From Alkalispirochaeta sp. (GTDB lineage Bacteria; Spirochaetota; Spirochaetia; DSM-27196; Alkalispirochaetaceae): DNA of 64,000 bases. The notes beneath the pieces were generated by a model. That model did not search any database. It was not told the DNA's origin and was given only the letters and a program-made list of their open reading frames with translations. The DNA lies in NCBI GenBank assembly GCA_965601925.1, contig OZ271854.1:2816001-2880000 (forward strand), written 5' to 3'. Position numbers and translations under genes: made by a program. This document shows, piece by piece, positions 50,168 through 60,783 of this stretch (within the stretch, counting starts at the first letter, position 1; each line of letters opens with the position of its first letter).

Positions 50168-51430
50168 ATGAAAACAAAAGCAATCCGCATGTACGGCAAA
50201 AAGGATCTGCGACTCGATGAGTTCGAGTTACCGGCGATCGGCCCGGATGAGATCCTCGCACACGTAGTGTCCGACAGCCTGTGCATGTCCTCCTACAAGG
50301 CGTCCGTCCAAGGAAGCGATCACAAACGCGTGCCGGCCGACATCGCCGTGGAGCCGGTCATGATCGGACACGAGTTTTGCGGAGAGATCGTGGAGGTCGG
50401 AGAGAAGTGGGCGGACAGGTTCCGTCCCGGCGACCGCTTCTCCATCCAGCCGGCGCTCAACTACAAGGGAAGCCTCGACGCGCCCGGATATTCGTATCGC
50501 TACATCGGCGGCGACGCGACCTACGTCGTTATACCGTCGGAAGTGATGGAAATGGATTGCCTCCTCCCGTATGACGGCGACGCGTTCTTCCTGGGTTCAT
50601 TGGCCGAGCCCGTGTCGTGCGTCGCAGGGGCGTTTCATGCCAGCTATCACACAACGCAAGGATCCTACGAGCACCGTATGGGCATCGTCGACGGCGGAAA
50701 GGCGGCAATTCTCGCCGGTGTCGGCCCGATGGGCCTCGGCGCCATCGACTACGCTCTCCATAATCCGCGACGCCCGTCGTTGTTGGTCGTTACCGATATA
50801 AACCAGGAGCGTCTGGATCGGGCGGAGTCGATCTATACCACCGAGGAAGCGCGACGGATGGGTATCGAGTTGCACTACGTCAACACCGCAACCGTACCGG
50901 ACGCCGATGCGGTGCTCATGGATCTTACCGGAGGCGCCGGGTACGACGACGTGTTCGTCTTCGCCCCCGTACGGGCGGTCTTGGAACAGGGCGATCGTAT
51001 TCTCGGAAAAGACGGCTGTCTCAACTTCTTTGCCGGTCCCACCGACCCCTCTTTTGCGGCCGAGCTCAACTTCTACGACGTGCACTACGCCGCACATCAC
51101 ATCGTCGGGACGTCCGGGGGCAACACCGACGACATGCGCGAGGCTCTCGACCTCATGGGACGCGGCGTCATCAATCCGGCGGCGATGATCACTCACGTCG
51201 GCGGTCTCAATGCGGTCGTAGAGACGACACTCACCCTGCCGACCATCCCCGGCGGTAAGAAATTGATGTACACGAACAAACATCTGCCTCTCGTCGCCAT
51301 CAGCGACTTTGCCGAGCGCGGCGAAGACGAGCCGTTTTACGCACGCCTCGCCGAGATTTGTTCTCGCCACAACGGTCTCTGGAATCCTGAAGCCGAGCGC
51401 TACCTCCTTGAAAATGCACCGGAGATTTAG
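50168..51430 (+). CDS. Zinc-binding dehydrogenase, L-sorbose-1-phosphate reductase-like
   Basis: DSLCMSSYK, GHE, EPVSC, GVGPMG, GTSGG, THVGGL and PGGKKL; GAGGAGG RBS. Confidence 0.85.
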   Translation: MKTKAIRMYGKKDLRLDEFELPAIGPDEILAHVVSDSLCMSSYKASVQGSDHKRVPADIAVEPVMIGHEFCGEIVEVGEKWADRFRPGDRFSIQPALNYKGSLDAPGYSYRYIGGDATYVVIPSEVMEMDCLLPYDGDAFFLGSLAEPVSCVAGAFHASYHTTQGSYEHRMGIVDGGKAAILAGVGPMGLGAIDYALHNPRRPSLLVVTDINQERLDRAESIYTTEEARRMGIELHYVNTATVPDADAVLMDLTGGAGYDDVFVFAPVRAVLEQGDRILGKDGCLNFFAGPTDPSFAAELNFYDVHYAAHHIVGTSGGNTDDMREALDLMGRGVINPAAMITHVGGLNAVVETTLTLPTIPGGKKLMYTNKHLPLVAISDFAERGEDEPFYARLAEICSRHNGLWNPEAERYLLENAPEI

Positions 51431-51443
51431 TACTCAGAGCTCC

Positions 51444-51974
51444 GTGAGAAGTAAACCGTTGAAGATCATGTTCGTTTGCTCCGGCAACATCTGCCGGAGC
51501 CCTTTGGCCCATCGCGTGCTGGAGCATCTGGCCGCCGAGCGCGGCATTGCCGTCTCGGTCGAGTCGTCGGGAACCGGTAGCTGGCACGTCGGCGAGGAGG
51601 TCGACTCGCGTATGCGCGCCACCGCCGCGCGCCGCGGACTAACGCTGAGCCACCGGGCTCGCCGGCTGTCCGCGAGCGATCTGGAGCGCTACGATCTCCT
51701 CTTCGCGATGGACGGTAGCCACTATCGCGATATTGTGTCCCTCGGTCGCCGCGGCGCGTCGGACGATATCTCGCGTCGACTGTACCTGTTCCGGCAGTTC
51801 GACCCCGCCTCGGCCGGCGGCGATACGGCCCGACTTCCCATTCCCCGCGAGGCCGCCTTGAACGTGCCCGATCCGTACTACGGCGGCGACGACGGGTTCG
51901 AAGAGGTGTACCGGATCGTCGAGCGGACGTGCGGGGTCATCCTCGATGCCGTCGAAGGCGGATCGCTCCCGTGA
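51444..51974 (+). CDS. Low-molecular-weight protein-tyrosine phosphatase
   Basis: FVCSGNICRSP and VPDPYYG; start GTG 51444 or TTG 51459. Confidence 0.92.
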   Translation: MRSKPLKIMFVCSGNICRSPLAHRVLEHLAAERGIAVSVESSGTGSWHVGEEVDSRMRATAARRGLTLSHRARRLSASDLERYDLLFAMDGSHYRDIVSLGRRGASDDISRRLYLFRQFDPASAGGDTARLPIPREAALNVPDPYYGGDDGFEEVYRIVERTCGVILDAVEGGSLP

Positions 51975-52885
51975 TCGATCCGGAACGTGCGGAGTCGATC
52001 ACCGCGTCCGAAACGGACCTCGACCGGGTAGTGGCCGATATTACCGGTAACGACGTCACCATTCTCCGCGCACGGCCCGTGGGAGGTGGGGACATCAACG
52101 AGGCGCGACTGTTGGAGCTCTCCGACGGTCGCCGACTCTTCCTTAAGCGCAATGATCGCTCCCCGGCCGCCCTTTTTTTGGAGGAGGCGCGGGGCTTACT
52201 TGCCCTCCGTGCGTGTCGCCGTGTGCGCGTTCCGCAGCCCCTCGCACTCTTCACGAATCGTACGCATCAACACTTAATAATGGAGTACATCGCCCCGGGG
52301 ACGCGAAGCGGTCGTTTTTGGACCGCCTTCGGCCACGCTTTGGCGGACCACCATCGGGCGGCGCGAAGCCGTCGATGCGGCTTTTTTCGCGATAACTTCA
52401 TCGGTTCGACGAGGCAGAAGAACGATTGGTCCGACGACTGGCACCGCTTTTTTGGGGAGTATCGCCTCGTGTTTCAAGTGCGTCTCGCCCGTAGCAGGGG
52501 GCTCGCCGATGAGTGGATGGAGCGCGCAACGCTCCGCCTCGCGGAGCGGCTTCCCGAGTTGCTTCCCCGGCCGGACGAGGGCGAGGCGAGTCTGCTCCAC
52601 GGTGATCTGTGGGGCGGCAACGCGATGGTCGACGAGGAGGGTCGTCCGGTCCTTATCGATCCCGCGGTCTACTACGGTCACCGGGAGGCGGACATTGCGA
52701 TGACGCAGCTTTTCGGTGGATTTCCGGCCGAGTTTCTCGGTGCGTATAAGGAGACGTGGCCGTTGCCTCCCGGCTTTGCCGACAGGCGCGATATCTACAA
52801 TCTCTACCATCTACTCAACCACCTTAATCTCTTCAGCGGCGGCTATGCCGGACGTTGTAGCGCAATACTACGCCGATTTGCGTGA
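51971..52885 (+). CDS. Fructosamine kinase family protein
   Basis: GGGDIN, FLK, DNFIG, LLHGDLWGGN, DPAVYYGHRE and LYHLLNH; GTGA overlap. Confidence 0.93.
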   Translation: MIDPERAESITASETDLDRVVADITGNDVTILRARPVGGGDINEARLLELSDGRRLFLKRNDRSPAALFLEEARGLLALRACRRVRVPQPLALFTNRTHQHLIMEYIAPGTRSGRFWTAFGHALADHHRAARSRRCGFFRDNFIGSTRQKNDWSDDWHRFFGEYRLVFQVRLARSRGLADEWMERATLRLAERLPELLPRPDEGEASLLHGDLWGGNAMVDEEGRPVLIDPAVYYGHREADIAMTQLFGGFPAEFLGAYKETWPLPPGFADRRDIYNLYHLLNHLNLFSGGYAGRCSAILRRFA

Positions 52886-53766
52886 GCGCACGGGCGTTGC
52901 AGCGACAGGCGATACCATACGAGCCCGATTCTCTCGCGGAGCACGGTCGACGAGTCGCCGAGCGCGTTGACACTCGGAAAGAAGTCGATTGGCCCCAACG
53001 GCCGTTCGTCGGACCGGAAGGCCGCCGGGGCGGGGATCGGTGTGAGTCCGGCGCGTTCAAAAGACAGAATCGCACGTGGCATGTGGTACGCGCTCGTAAC
53101 GACTACTACACGATCGAATCCGAAGAGCTCCCGGACAAATCGTGCGTTTTCGGCGGTGGTACGACTCTCTCGTTCGATCAGAATCATCGAGGCGGGAAAT
53201 GCAAGTTCCACCGCCAGCGCCGCGGCGACCTCGCCCTCCGGGGGTACAACGGGCGAGGCGAGGACTCGTCCACCGGTGGTGACGATCGGCACCGCGAGGA
53301 TGCGTGCCAACCGTACGCCGAACAGCAGGCGCGACTCCGACTCGGTAGTGAGGCCTGAGCGCGTCGAGGCGGAGTGAAAGCTCTGAACCAGCTCGTTCGG
53401 CACCTCGAAGCATCCATCACCGGTACCGGCGGCTCTGAGAAATCTCTCACCGGGACTCCGCCATACGACGCCGCCGCCGAGGACGACCACCGCCTCGGCT
53501 CCCTCGAGTGTTCGGTGATCGGCCGCCGGCACCGATCGTTCGAGCCTCCTCATGAGGGGATCGCTCACCGCGGAAATACTCGCCCCGTAGAGAATGAGCG
53601 CCAGACCAAGAAGCCCCCACTTCATGACACGGAGACTCGCCACACCCAACGGAAGCGCTTTGCGAACCCGTCGGTCCACGCCCACGGCGAGGAAGAAGAG
53701 TATCAGCATCGCGGCGATTACATTGCCGGGAAACAGGATCCACGGCTCGATGAACTTCGTTATCAC
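52843..53766 (-). CDS. YdcF/ElyC (DUF218) family membrane protein
   Basis: VVLGGG, TGG, ESRTTAENA, VTSAYHMPRA and RERIG. Confidence 0.9.
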   Translation of the reverse strand: MITKFIEPWILFPGNVIAAMLILFFLAVGVDRRVRKALPLGVASLRVMKWGLLGLALILYGASISAVSDPLMRRLERSVPAADHRTLEGAEAVVVLGGGVVWRSPGERFLRAAGTGDGCFEVPNELVQSFHSASTRSGLTTESESRLLFGVRLARILAVPIVTTGGRVLASPVVPPEGEVAAALAVELAFPASMILIERESRTTAENARFVRELFGFDRVVVVTSAYHMPRAILSFERAGLTPIPAPAAFRSDERPLGPIDFFPSVNALGDSSTVLRERIGLVWYRLSLQRPCAHANRRSIALQRPA

Positions 53767-53785
53767 GGTACGACTCCGTCGTGTA

Positions 53786-54361
53786 TCAGAAAAATCGACG
53801 CACGAGGTCGTCGATCTCCTTGAGCCATGTGCGTCGCTGCCGTCCGTTACTGTCCCGGACGCCGTAGAGCGTCTTGAAGATCATCTCCTCGATACCCACG
53901 TATCCAAAGACTCGCTCTCGCCAGATCGTGTACATCGGTTCCTGACTCAGTGGGTTGGTCTCGTTCGTCGTGTTAATGATCAACGCGCGACGTCCGCTCA
54001 AAAGCGGCACCTTGTGCTTGGGCATGAACTCGGCACCTTCGAACTCATACGCGAGTCCGGGACGAAAGACGCGGTCGATCCATCCTTTGAGAATTGCCGG
54101 AGGCATTCCCCACCAGTCGGGATAGATCACCACGATACCGGTCGCCTCGCGCAACTCGCGTACGTAGCGGCCGAACAGATCGTCGAAGCTGAAACGTCGG
54201 AGGATCTCCTCATTTTCCAGCACCGGTTGAAAATGTTCTTGGTACAGATCGTGGTTATGGACGACGTGTCCCTCCTCGTTGAGAGCGGTATCGATACGAT
54301 CTGCGACGGCGTGGTTGAGGCTATCCCGATTGGGATGACTGACGATCAGGAGGATACTCAC
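53786..54361 (-). CDS. Flavodoxin-like NAD(P)H dehydrogenase (quinone)
   Basis: SHPNRDSLN, DLY and YPDWWGMPPAILKGWIDRV; GTG 54361 (TTG 54367 possible). Confidence 0.9.
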   Translation of the reverse strand: MSILLIVSHPNRDSLNHAVADRIDTALNEEGHVVHNHDLYQEHFQPVLENEEILRRFSFDDLFGRYVRELREATGIVVIYPDWWGMPPAILKGWIDRVFRPGLAYEFEGAEFMPKHKVPLLSGRRALIINTTNETNPLSQEPMYTIWRERVFGYVGIEEMIFKTLYGVRDSNGRQRRTWLKEIDDLVRRFF

Positions 54362-54440
54362 AGACAACCTTCCTTTCTGAGATGCATATCAGTATAATGG
54401 AGATTCGACCGAAGCACAGTGACCGATGAGCACAAACTTA

Positions 54441-54503
54441 TTAAGAATTATTCCGAAAAAAGCGGAAAATACGGTTGAACCTTTGCGATGTTGGTATTAG
54501 GTT
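54441..54503 (+). promoter_or_regulatory. suf promoter with an upstream imperfect Fur-family-like palindrome
   Basis: TTGAAC-17-TAGGTT (54475-54503); TTAAGAAT-T-ATTCCGAA (54441-54457). Confidence 0.4.
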
Positions 54504-54519
54504 ATGAAAAGAGTTAGGA

Positions 54520-54831
54520 ATGGCGAACATGATTAGTAAGACCGACGTTCTTGAATCCCTGAAAAAGGTTATCGATCCGGAGATCGGCATTAACATCGTC
54601 GATGTCGGATTGATCTATCGCGTTGATCCGCGCGAGGACGAGATAGAGATAGACTTTACGCTCACCTCGCCGGGGTGCCCGTTGGGCGATACGATCACCA
54701 ACGATATCGTGACCGTACTACGGGAAGATCATGAAATAGATAACGTGATCACCAACCTGGTGTGGAATCCGCCGTGGAGCATCGAGTTCATGAGCGAGGA
54801 AGCTCGCCTCGACTTGGGGTATCCGATTTAG
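54520..54831 (+). CDS. DUF59/SufT metal-sulfur cluster assembly factor
   Basis: DPEIGINIVDVGLIY, TLTSPGCP and WNPPW. Confidence 0.92.
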   Translation: MANMISKTDVLESLKKVIDPEIGINIVDVGLIYRVDPREDEIEIDFTLTSPGCPLGDTITNDIVTVLREDHEIDNVITNLVWNPPWSIEFMSEEARLDLGYPI

Positions 54832-54898
54832 GACACGGAGCGACTTCTCCGACGCCGTAGCCGTCGGGAAGCGACAACTATAACAGCAGGAGTACAGA

Positions 54899-55681
54899 GT
54901 GAAGATAGAGATCAAAGATCTTCGAGCGCGAATCGAGGACAACGAGATCCTCAAAGGCGTCAACCTCACGATGCACAGCGGCGAAGTTCACGCCCTGATG
55001 GGCCCCAACGGCTCGGGTAAGTCGACGCTTTCCAATGTGATGTTCGGGAACGAGACCTACGAGGTGACCAGCGGCCGGATTCTTGTCGACGGTGAGGACA
55101 TTCTGGAAATGGAGACGCACGAGCGTTCCGCCTTGAGACTGTTTCTCGCCTTTCAGTACCCCGTCGAGATTCCCGGCGTATCGGTCGGACGCTTTCTCAA
55201 GCGCGCCTCGGAGATCAGGTACGACGAGGGCGATGAGCGGCGCAAGACCTTCGTGAAGCGGCTGCGTGCAAACATGGACTACATGGAGATCGATCAGAAG
55301 TTCATCAACCGCTATCTCAACGAAGGTTTCTCCGGTGGTGAGAAGAAGCGCATGGAGATCCTGCAGATGCTCATGCTCGAACCGCAGTTCTCCATCCTTG
55401 ACGAGACCGACAGCGGCTTAGACATCGACGCGCTCAAGATCGTTGCGCAGGGTGTGAACAAGTTGCGCAACGAGACCGATTTCGGCGCGCTCATTATCAC
55501 GCACTATCAACGTATACTCGACCACATCAAGCCCGACTACGTGCATATCATGTACCAGGGACGTATCGTCACCTCCGGCGGAAGCGAGTTGGTCGAGCAG
55601 TTGGAGTCTCACGGATACGATTGGGTCAAGAAACAGCACGGTATTCAGGAGGAGGAGCTCAATGAGCAGCCAACAAGTTGA
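54899..55681 (+). CDS. sufC: Fe-S cluster assembly ATPase
   Basis: [34 protein letters not shown] and ITHY. Confidence 0.97.
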   Translation: MKIEIKDLRARIEDNEILKGVNLTMHSGEVHALMGPNGSGKSTLSNVMFGNETYEVTSGRILVDGEDILEMETHERSALRLFLAFQYPVEIPGVSVGRFLKRASEIRYDEGDERRKTFVKRLRANMDYMEIDQKFINRYLNEGFSGGEKKRMEILQMLMLEPQFSILDETDSGLDIDALKIVAQGVNKLRNETDFGALIITHYQRILDHIKPDYVHIMYQGRIVTSGGSELVEQLESHGYDWVKKQHGIQEEELNEQPTS

Positions 55682-57062
55682 TATCGGCGATTATCGATAC
55701 GGATTTTCTTACGAAGACAAATCGGTATTCAAGACGCACAAAGGGCTGTCCGCCGATGTCGTACGAGCCATAAGCGGAGCGAAAAACGAGCCGGAATGGA
55801 TGCTCGAGTTCCGCCTCAAGTCGTTGGAGGCGTTCAACGCCAAACCGATGCCGTCGTGGGGTGCCGACCTGAGCGACATCGACTTCGATGAGATCTACTA
55901 TTACGCCAAGCCCACGGAAAACAACGACGCCCGCAGTTGGGACGATCTACCGCCGGAGATTAAGGAGACCTACGATCGCTTGGGGATACCCGAGGCGGAG
56001 CAGAAGTTTCTCGCCGGTGTGGGGGCGCAGTACGATTCCGAAGTCGTGTATCACAGTATAAAAGACGACCTCGCGAAACAGGGCGTCCTCTTTCTCTCCC
56101 CCGAGCAGGCCGTCGAGCAGTACCCCGATATCGTACGAAAGTATTTCGGTACGGTAATACCGTACAACGACAACAAGTTCGCCGCCCTCAACAGCGCCGT
56201 GTGGAGCGGCGGTAGTTTCGTCTACGTTCCCAAGGGTGTTCATGTGGACGTTCCGCTTCAGGCGTACTTCCGGATTAACTCCGAGAGCTTCGGGCAATTT
56301 GAGCGTACACTCATCATCGCCGACGAGGGGGCATTCGTGCACTACGTCGAGGGGTGCACCGCGCCGGTCTACACGACCGACAGTTTGCACAGCGCGGTAG
56401 TGGAGATCATCGCTCTCGACGGCGCGCGGGTGCGCTACTCGACGATCCAGAACTGGTCGAGCGACGTCTATAACCTCGTTACCAAGCGCGCCGTAGCGCA
56501 CAAAAACGCTACGGTCGAGTGGGTCGACGGAAATCTCGGCAGCAAACGCACGATGAAGTACCCCGCGGTATACCTCATGGGAGACGGCTCTCACGGCGAA
56601 GTACTCTCGATCGCCTTCGCAGGCAGCGGACAGGAGCAGGACTCGGGCGGTAAGATCGTCCACGCGGCCAGCAATACCAGCTCGCAGATCACCTCCAAAT
56701 CGATCAGCAAGGACGGCGGAATCGCGACCTACCGCGGCCACATCAAGGTCGAGGAGGGGGTCGTCAACGTGCGAAGTAAGGTCGAATGCGACGCCCTTCT
56801 CATAGACGGCGACAGTACGACCAATACGTATCCGTACATGGACATCAAGGCCGACGACGTGGCAATCGAGCACGAGGCGACGGTAAGCAAGATCTCCGAC
56901 GACCAGATTTTCTATCTCATGAGCCGGGGACTCAGCGAGGAGGAGGCATCGGCGATGATCGTCAACGGCTTCCTCGATCCGTTGGTGAAGCAGCTGCCGA
57001 TGGAGTACGCAGTGGAGCTCAACCGCCTCATCGAGCTGGAGATGGAGGGTTCCGTCGGATGA
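55662..57062 (+). CDS. sufB: Fe-S cluster assembly protein
   Basis: [35 protein letters not shown] and LPMEYAVE. Confidence 0.97.
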   Translation: MSSQQVDIGDYRYGFSYEDKSVFKTHKGLSADVVRAISGAKNEPEWMLEFRLKSLEAFNAKPMPSWGADLSDIDFDEIYYYAKPTENNDARSWDDLPPEIKETYDRLGIPEAEQKFLAGVGAQYDSEVVYHSIKDDLAKQGVLFLSPEQAVEQYPDIVRKYFGTVIPYNDNKFAALNSAVWSGGSFVYVPKGVHVDVPLQAYFRINSESFGQFERTLIIADEGAFVHYVEGCTAPVYTTDSLHSAVVEIIALDGARVRYSTIQNWSSDVYNLVTKRAVAHKNATVEWVDGNLGSKRTMKYPAVYLMGDGSHGEVLSIAFAGSGQEQDSGGKIVHAASNTSSQITSKSISKDGGIATYRGHIKVEEGVVNVRSKVECDALLIDGDSTTNTYPYMDIKADDVAIEHEATVSKISDDQIFYLMSRGLSEEEASAMIVNGFLDPLVKQLPMEYAVELNRLIELEMEGSVG

Positions 57063-58372
57063 GCGTGTATTCGGTTACCGATTCGTCCATTAAAACCCTC
57101 GAAGCGTTTCTGGCCGAACGCCGGGAGCCGGGGTGGTTGTTGGACGTTCGATCCGCGGCTCTCCGACGCTTTCGCGAGATGGAATGGCCCACCGCCGAGG
57201 ACGAAGAGTTTCGTCGCAGCGATGTATCGAGCTACGATTTCGACGGGTTCGCCTTCGAGTTTGCCGAAGGTTCAAACGCCGATGTGGAGAACCCCGTGGG
57301 ACAGTCCGGCTCCATCACCTTCGAAGGAACGGCGGTTCTGAGAAAATCGATCTCCGCGGAAGCGGCCGAGAAGGGAGCCGTTCTCGTCAGCCTTCAGGAG
57401 GCGGCCGCCGGAGGCATCAGCGAACAGCTGGCGGAGCGCGTTCACGATGTGCTCCTGCAGGGCATCAACAACGCCGGCAACCGTCTTGCGCTATGGCACT
57501 ACGCCACGATGACTCACGGCGTTATCGCCTACGTGCCGAGATTCGTAGAGTTGGCGGATCCTTTCGTGGTGACGTTCGATGAGCGCGGTGATGGAATTCT
57601 TCGCTCGCCGCAACTCGTCGCGATCGGCGAGGAGGGCGCTAGGTTCGCGGTGGTACAACGCGCGCGCGGTAGTGCCGAGGGCGAGGTGCTCTTTAACGAA
57701 GGGGTCGATGTTCACGTCGGCGACGCGGGACAGATCGAGTTCTTCGGATTTCAGAACGTCAATATCGACTCGACGTACATCTCAAACGGTCTCGCTGCGG
57801 TGGGACGCGACGCGACCTTTCGATCCTACTCATCGGTTTTCGGCGCAATGTTCAGCAAGTACCGCATCGATGTAGAGATGAGAGGGGAGGGCGGCGACGC
57901 CTTCATCGGCGGTGTCTATTTCCCCAACGAGGATCAGCACATCGATATGCGCACCGAGCAGCGGCATCTTAGTACGCGCGCCCACAGTTTGACCCTCTAC
58001 AAGGGCGCCATCACCGACGAGGCGCACAGTGTGTACCAGGGGCTCATTCACGTGGATCACGATGCACTCAACACCGACGCCTATCTGACGAACAACAATC
58101 TTCTCTTGAGTGACGACGGTCGAGCTGATTCGATCCCGACGCTGCAGATCAACACGAACGAGGTTCGTTGTAGTCACGGAAGTACCGTCGGGAAGCTCGA
58201 CCCCCGGCATATTTACTATCTGGGGACGCGCGGCTACTCGCCCGAAGAGGCGCGACATATACTCGTGCAGGGATTTTTCGAGGAGATTCTCGAGCGGTAT
58301 CCCGACGCGGTAAGCGACGAGATACACGAGGTGGTGGAGTCGCGTATCGGTTCGATCGACACCGGCGATTGA
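57059..58372 (+). CDS. sufD: Fe-S cluster assembly protein
   Basis: [28 protein letters not shown] and YYLGTRG; ATGA overlap with sufB. Confidence 0.92.
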   Translation: MSVYSVTDSSIKTLEAFLAERREPGWLLDVRSAALRRFREMEWPTAEDEEFRRSDVSSYDFDGFAFEFAEGSNADVENPVGQSGSITFEGTAVLRKSISAEAAEKGAVLVSLQEAAAGGISEQLAERVHDVLLQGINNAGNRLALWHYATMTHGVIAYVPRFVELADPFVVTFDERGDGILRSPQLVAIGEEGARFAVVQRARGSAEGEVLFNEGVDVHVGDAGQIEFFGFQNVNIDSTYISNGLAAVGRDATFRSYSSVFGAMFSKYRIDVEMRGEGGDAFIGGVYFPNEDQHIDMRTEQRHLSTRAHSLTLYKGAITDEAHSVYQGLIHVDHDALNTDAYLTNNNLLLSDDGRADSIPTLQINTNEVRCSHGSTVGKLDPRHIYYLGTRGYSPEEARHILVQGFFEEILERYPDAVSDEIHEVVESRIGSIDTGD

Positions 58373-58398
58373 CAACGCGGGAGATTCGTCGATATCGC

Positions 58399-58434
58399 AA
58401 GGCGGGCGCCGATTCCGATCGGCCCCGCTTTTTT
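58399..58434 (+). terminator. Intrinsic terminator-like hairpin after sufD
   Basis: GCGGGCGCCGAT-TCCG-ATCGGCCCCGC followed by TTTTTT. Confidence 0.7.
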
Positions 58435-58451
58435 CATGAAAGGAAGGTAGT

Positions 58452-58754
58452 GTGGCGCAGTGGCGAGAGGTGTGTCCAGAGGATGCGTTTCAGCGGACCT
58501 TTAAGTACACGCATCGGCGCAAGGAGATCGCGCTCTATAAGCTCGAAGACGGCATATACGCGACCGAAAACTCGTGTAGCCACGAGTACTCCGAGCTTTC
58601 GGAGGGCATTATCATGGGCTCCGATGTATACTGCCCGAAACACGGCTCGCGCTTCGATATACGAAGCGGCGCGGTAAAGGATCTACCCGCCACGCGACCG
58701 GTCAAGACGTTCGAGGTCAAGGTAGAGGACGGAGTTGTATACGTCAAAGTCTGA
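58452..58754 (+). CDS. Rieske-type [2Fe-2S] ferredoxin
   Basis: CSH..CPKHGSRFD; GGAAGG RBS. Confidence 0.93.
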   Translation: MAQWREVCPEDAFQRTFKYTHRRKEIALYKLEDGIYATENSCSHEYSELSEGIIMGSDVYCPKHGSRFDIRSGAVKDLPATRPVKTFEVKVEDGVVYVKV

Positions 58755-59784
58755 CGGGCGAACGACACAGCCTCTCGGCGCCGTGCATGCGCATCGGGCC
58801 GGGCGAATCATCGCCGCCGGGGGGCTCGTCGTGATACCGACCGAGACGGTTTACGGCCTCGCCGCCTCGGCGGTAGATCGCCGTGCGGTCGCGTCGATCT
58901 TCTCCGCCAAGGGACGGCCCGCGGATAACCCTCTGATAGTACACCTCGCGAGCCGATCCGAGGCGATCGATGTCGTACCGTCCCGCCTCGGCCTTGCACG
59001 GGCGGTGCTGGAAGCCTTCGCGCCGGGGCCGATAACGGTCGTAGTACCGGCTCCCGCGTGGGTAACGCCCGAGGTGTGCGCCGGTCTCGACACCGTCGCG
59101 TTGCGCGTCCCCGAACACGAGCTGGCGCGGGAGATCATCGCGGCCGCGGGCGTTCCCGTTGCGGCGCCGAGCGCCAATCGAAGCGGCCGGCCCAGTCCTA
59201 CTACGCCCGAGATGGCGCACACCGAGATGCACGGGAGAGTTGACGCGATCGTTGACGGCGGGGCGTGCACGATCGGTATCGAGTCGACTGTCGTCGACGC
59301 CTCGTCCGGCGACGGATTGCGCATCTTGCGTCCCGGGCGCGTCACGGCCGACGAGTTGCGCCGCACGTTGGGGTGCCGCGTCACCGAAGGTGATGCGCAT
59401 ATCGCGGACGCCGAGCGTGCTCGTTCTCCGGGTGTGCGCTACCGCCATTACCGACCCGATGTCCCGGTCGTGCTGTTCGATCGCGCGGACTACGAAGATC
59501 TTGCGACCGAACTTACCGATACGGACGCGCGAGTATGGATCATCACCGGGCCCGGCTCCGGCGCGCGGCCGGAACTGTCGACGATCCGCACGGTCCGAAA
59601 CGCGACGTGGACTGAGTACGGCGCGGCGCTCTACCGTACCCTTTGGGAGGCGGAACGGATGGGCGCGAGCGTGATTCTCGCCGAAAAGCCGGCGAACGCG
59701 GTCGTTTCCGGTCTATCCGATCGGTTGAGTCGCGCCGCGGAGACGGACTACCGTCTCGGCATCATCCGAGAGATTGTCGGTTAA
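58735..59784 (+). CDS. sua5: L-threonylcarbamoyladenylate synthase (Sua5-type)
   Basis: PTETVYGL, KGRPADNPLIVH, APSANRSG, ESTV and PGVRYRHY; start uncertain. Confidence 0.92.
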   Translation: MYTSKSDGRTTQPLGAVHAHRAGRIIAAGGLVVIPTETVYGLAASAVDRRAVASIFSAKGRPADNPLIVHLASRSEAIDVVPSRLGLARAVLEAFAPGPITVVVPAPAWVTPEVCAGLDTVALRVPEHELAREIIAAAGVPVAAPSANRSGRPSPTTPEMAHTEMHGRVDAIVDGGACTIGIESTVVDASSGDGLRILRPGRVTADELRRTLGCRVTEGDAHIADAERARSPGVRYRHYRPDVPVVLFDRADYEDLATELTDTDARVWIITGPGSGARPELSTIRTVRNATWTEYGAALYRTLWEAERMGASVILAEKPANAVVSGLSDRLSRAAETDYRLGIIREIVG

Positions 59785-59787
59785 CCT

Positions 59788-60783
59788 TTATCCGTGAACG
59801 GCGTGAATACGTTCACGCGGGAGCTCGCGCGCCAACAGGTCGGTCATGAAGGCGAATACCTCTTCGCGTATCTCCGCCGCATAACTCGCGACGCCCTCCC
59901 GATCGATGACACCGTTCTCCAGAATCGACTCGCGACGAAAGACGCGCATACGGCGAAGAAAATCGGGGTGCATCCGAAATACGCCGAAACTCACCGCCTC
60001 GATGCCGTCATGCGGCATACGTCGGAAGACCTCCTCTACCGCACGTCGGTAGTCGTCGCGCCACGACTCGGCCACGATCACCGGGTCGAAGCACAGACGA
60101 ACGCGCCAGCCTCTTAACGCCGCCCGTCGGGCGTCAAAGAGTCGTTGGGCAAATCCGCCCGTTCCGGCCTCATGGCCTCGGGCGAGGGCGTCCGGCGAGA
60201 GCGACCACGTCAGTATCACCCCCTTGTGCGGCGCCACGTCGTGAAGTGTCGAGAATCCGTCACTTTTTGTGCGCACCTCGATCTCTACGCCCCGGATATT
60301 TCGACTCGCCTCGATCCATCGCCGCACCAATCCGAAATGGCGCTCGAAACCCAGCAGATCGCTCAGATAGCTGATGCTGAGATACAGCTCCCCGTATCGT
60401 GTCATATGTGTCGTAACGGCCTCGAGATAATCCTCAATATTGACGTTGAGGAGAATGTTGGCCGACGGGTGCATTCCTTGGAGAAAACAGTAGTCGCAGT
60501 CAAACAGGCAGTTCCGAACGATATCGGTGTAAAACAGGGCGCGCTCGGCGCCGAAGCTCGCGATGCGCTCGTTTCCTCGATACAGGTATGTGCCCCTCTT
60601 GCGCGCAAGAATGAGCTTCGGCGCGCGTTTCTGGAGGGCGAAATCCTGTCCGGGCCGCTTGAAGAACGCATTCGCGTCGTCGATCTCGGTAACGTGCGGC
60701 GACGACAGTCGAGACAACACGTCTCGAGTGAGCGGATAGTCCCGGGCCGAACGCTCGACGTACACGTGGTCGAAGGTGATCAT
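59788..60783 (-). CDS. Spore photoproduct lyase-like radical SAM protein
   Basis: NCLFDCDYCFLQG, EVRTKS, WSLSP and CFDPVI. Confidence 0.85.
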   Translation of the reverse strand: MITFDHVYVERSARDYPLTRDVLSRLSSPHVTEIDDANAFFKRPGQDFALQKRAPKLILARKRGTYLYRGNERIASFGAERALFYTDIVRNCLFDCDYCFLQGMHPSANILLNVNIEDYLEAVTTHMTRYGELYLSISYLSDLLGFERHFGLVRRWIEASRNIRGVEIEVRTKSDGFSTLHDVAPHKGVILTWSLSPDALARGHEAGTGGFAQRLFDARRAALRGWRVRLCFDPVIVAESWRDDYRRAVEEVFRRMPHDGIEAVSFGVFRMHPDFLRRMRVFRRESILENGVIDREGVASYAAEIREEVFAFMTDLLARELPRERIHAVHG

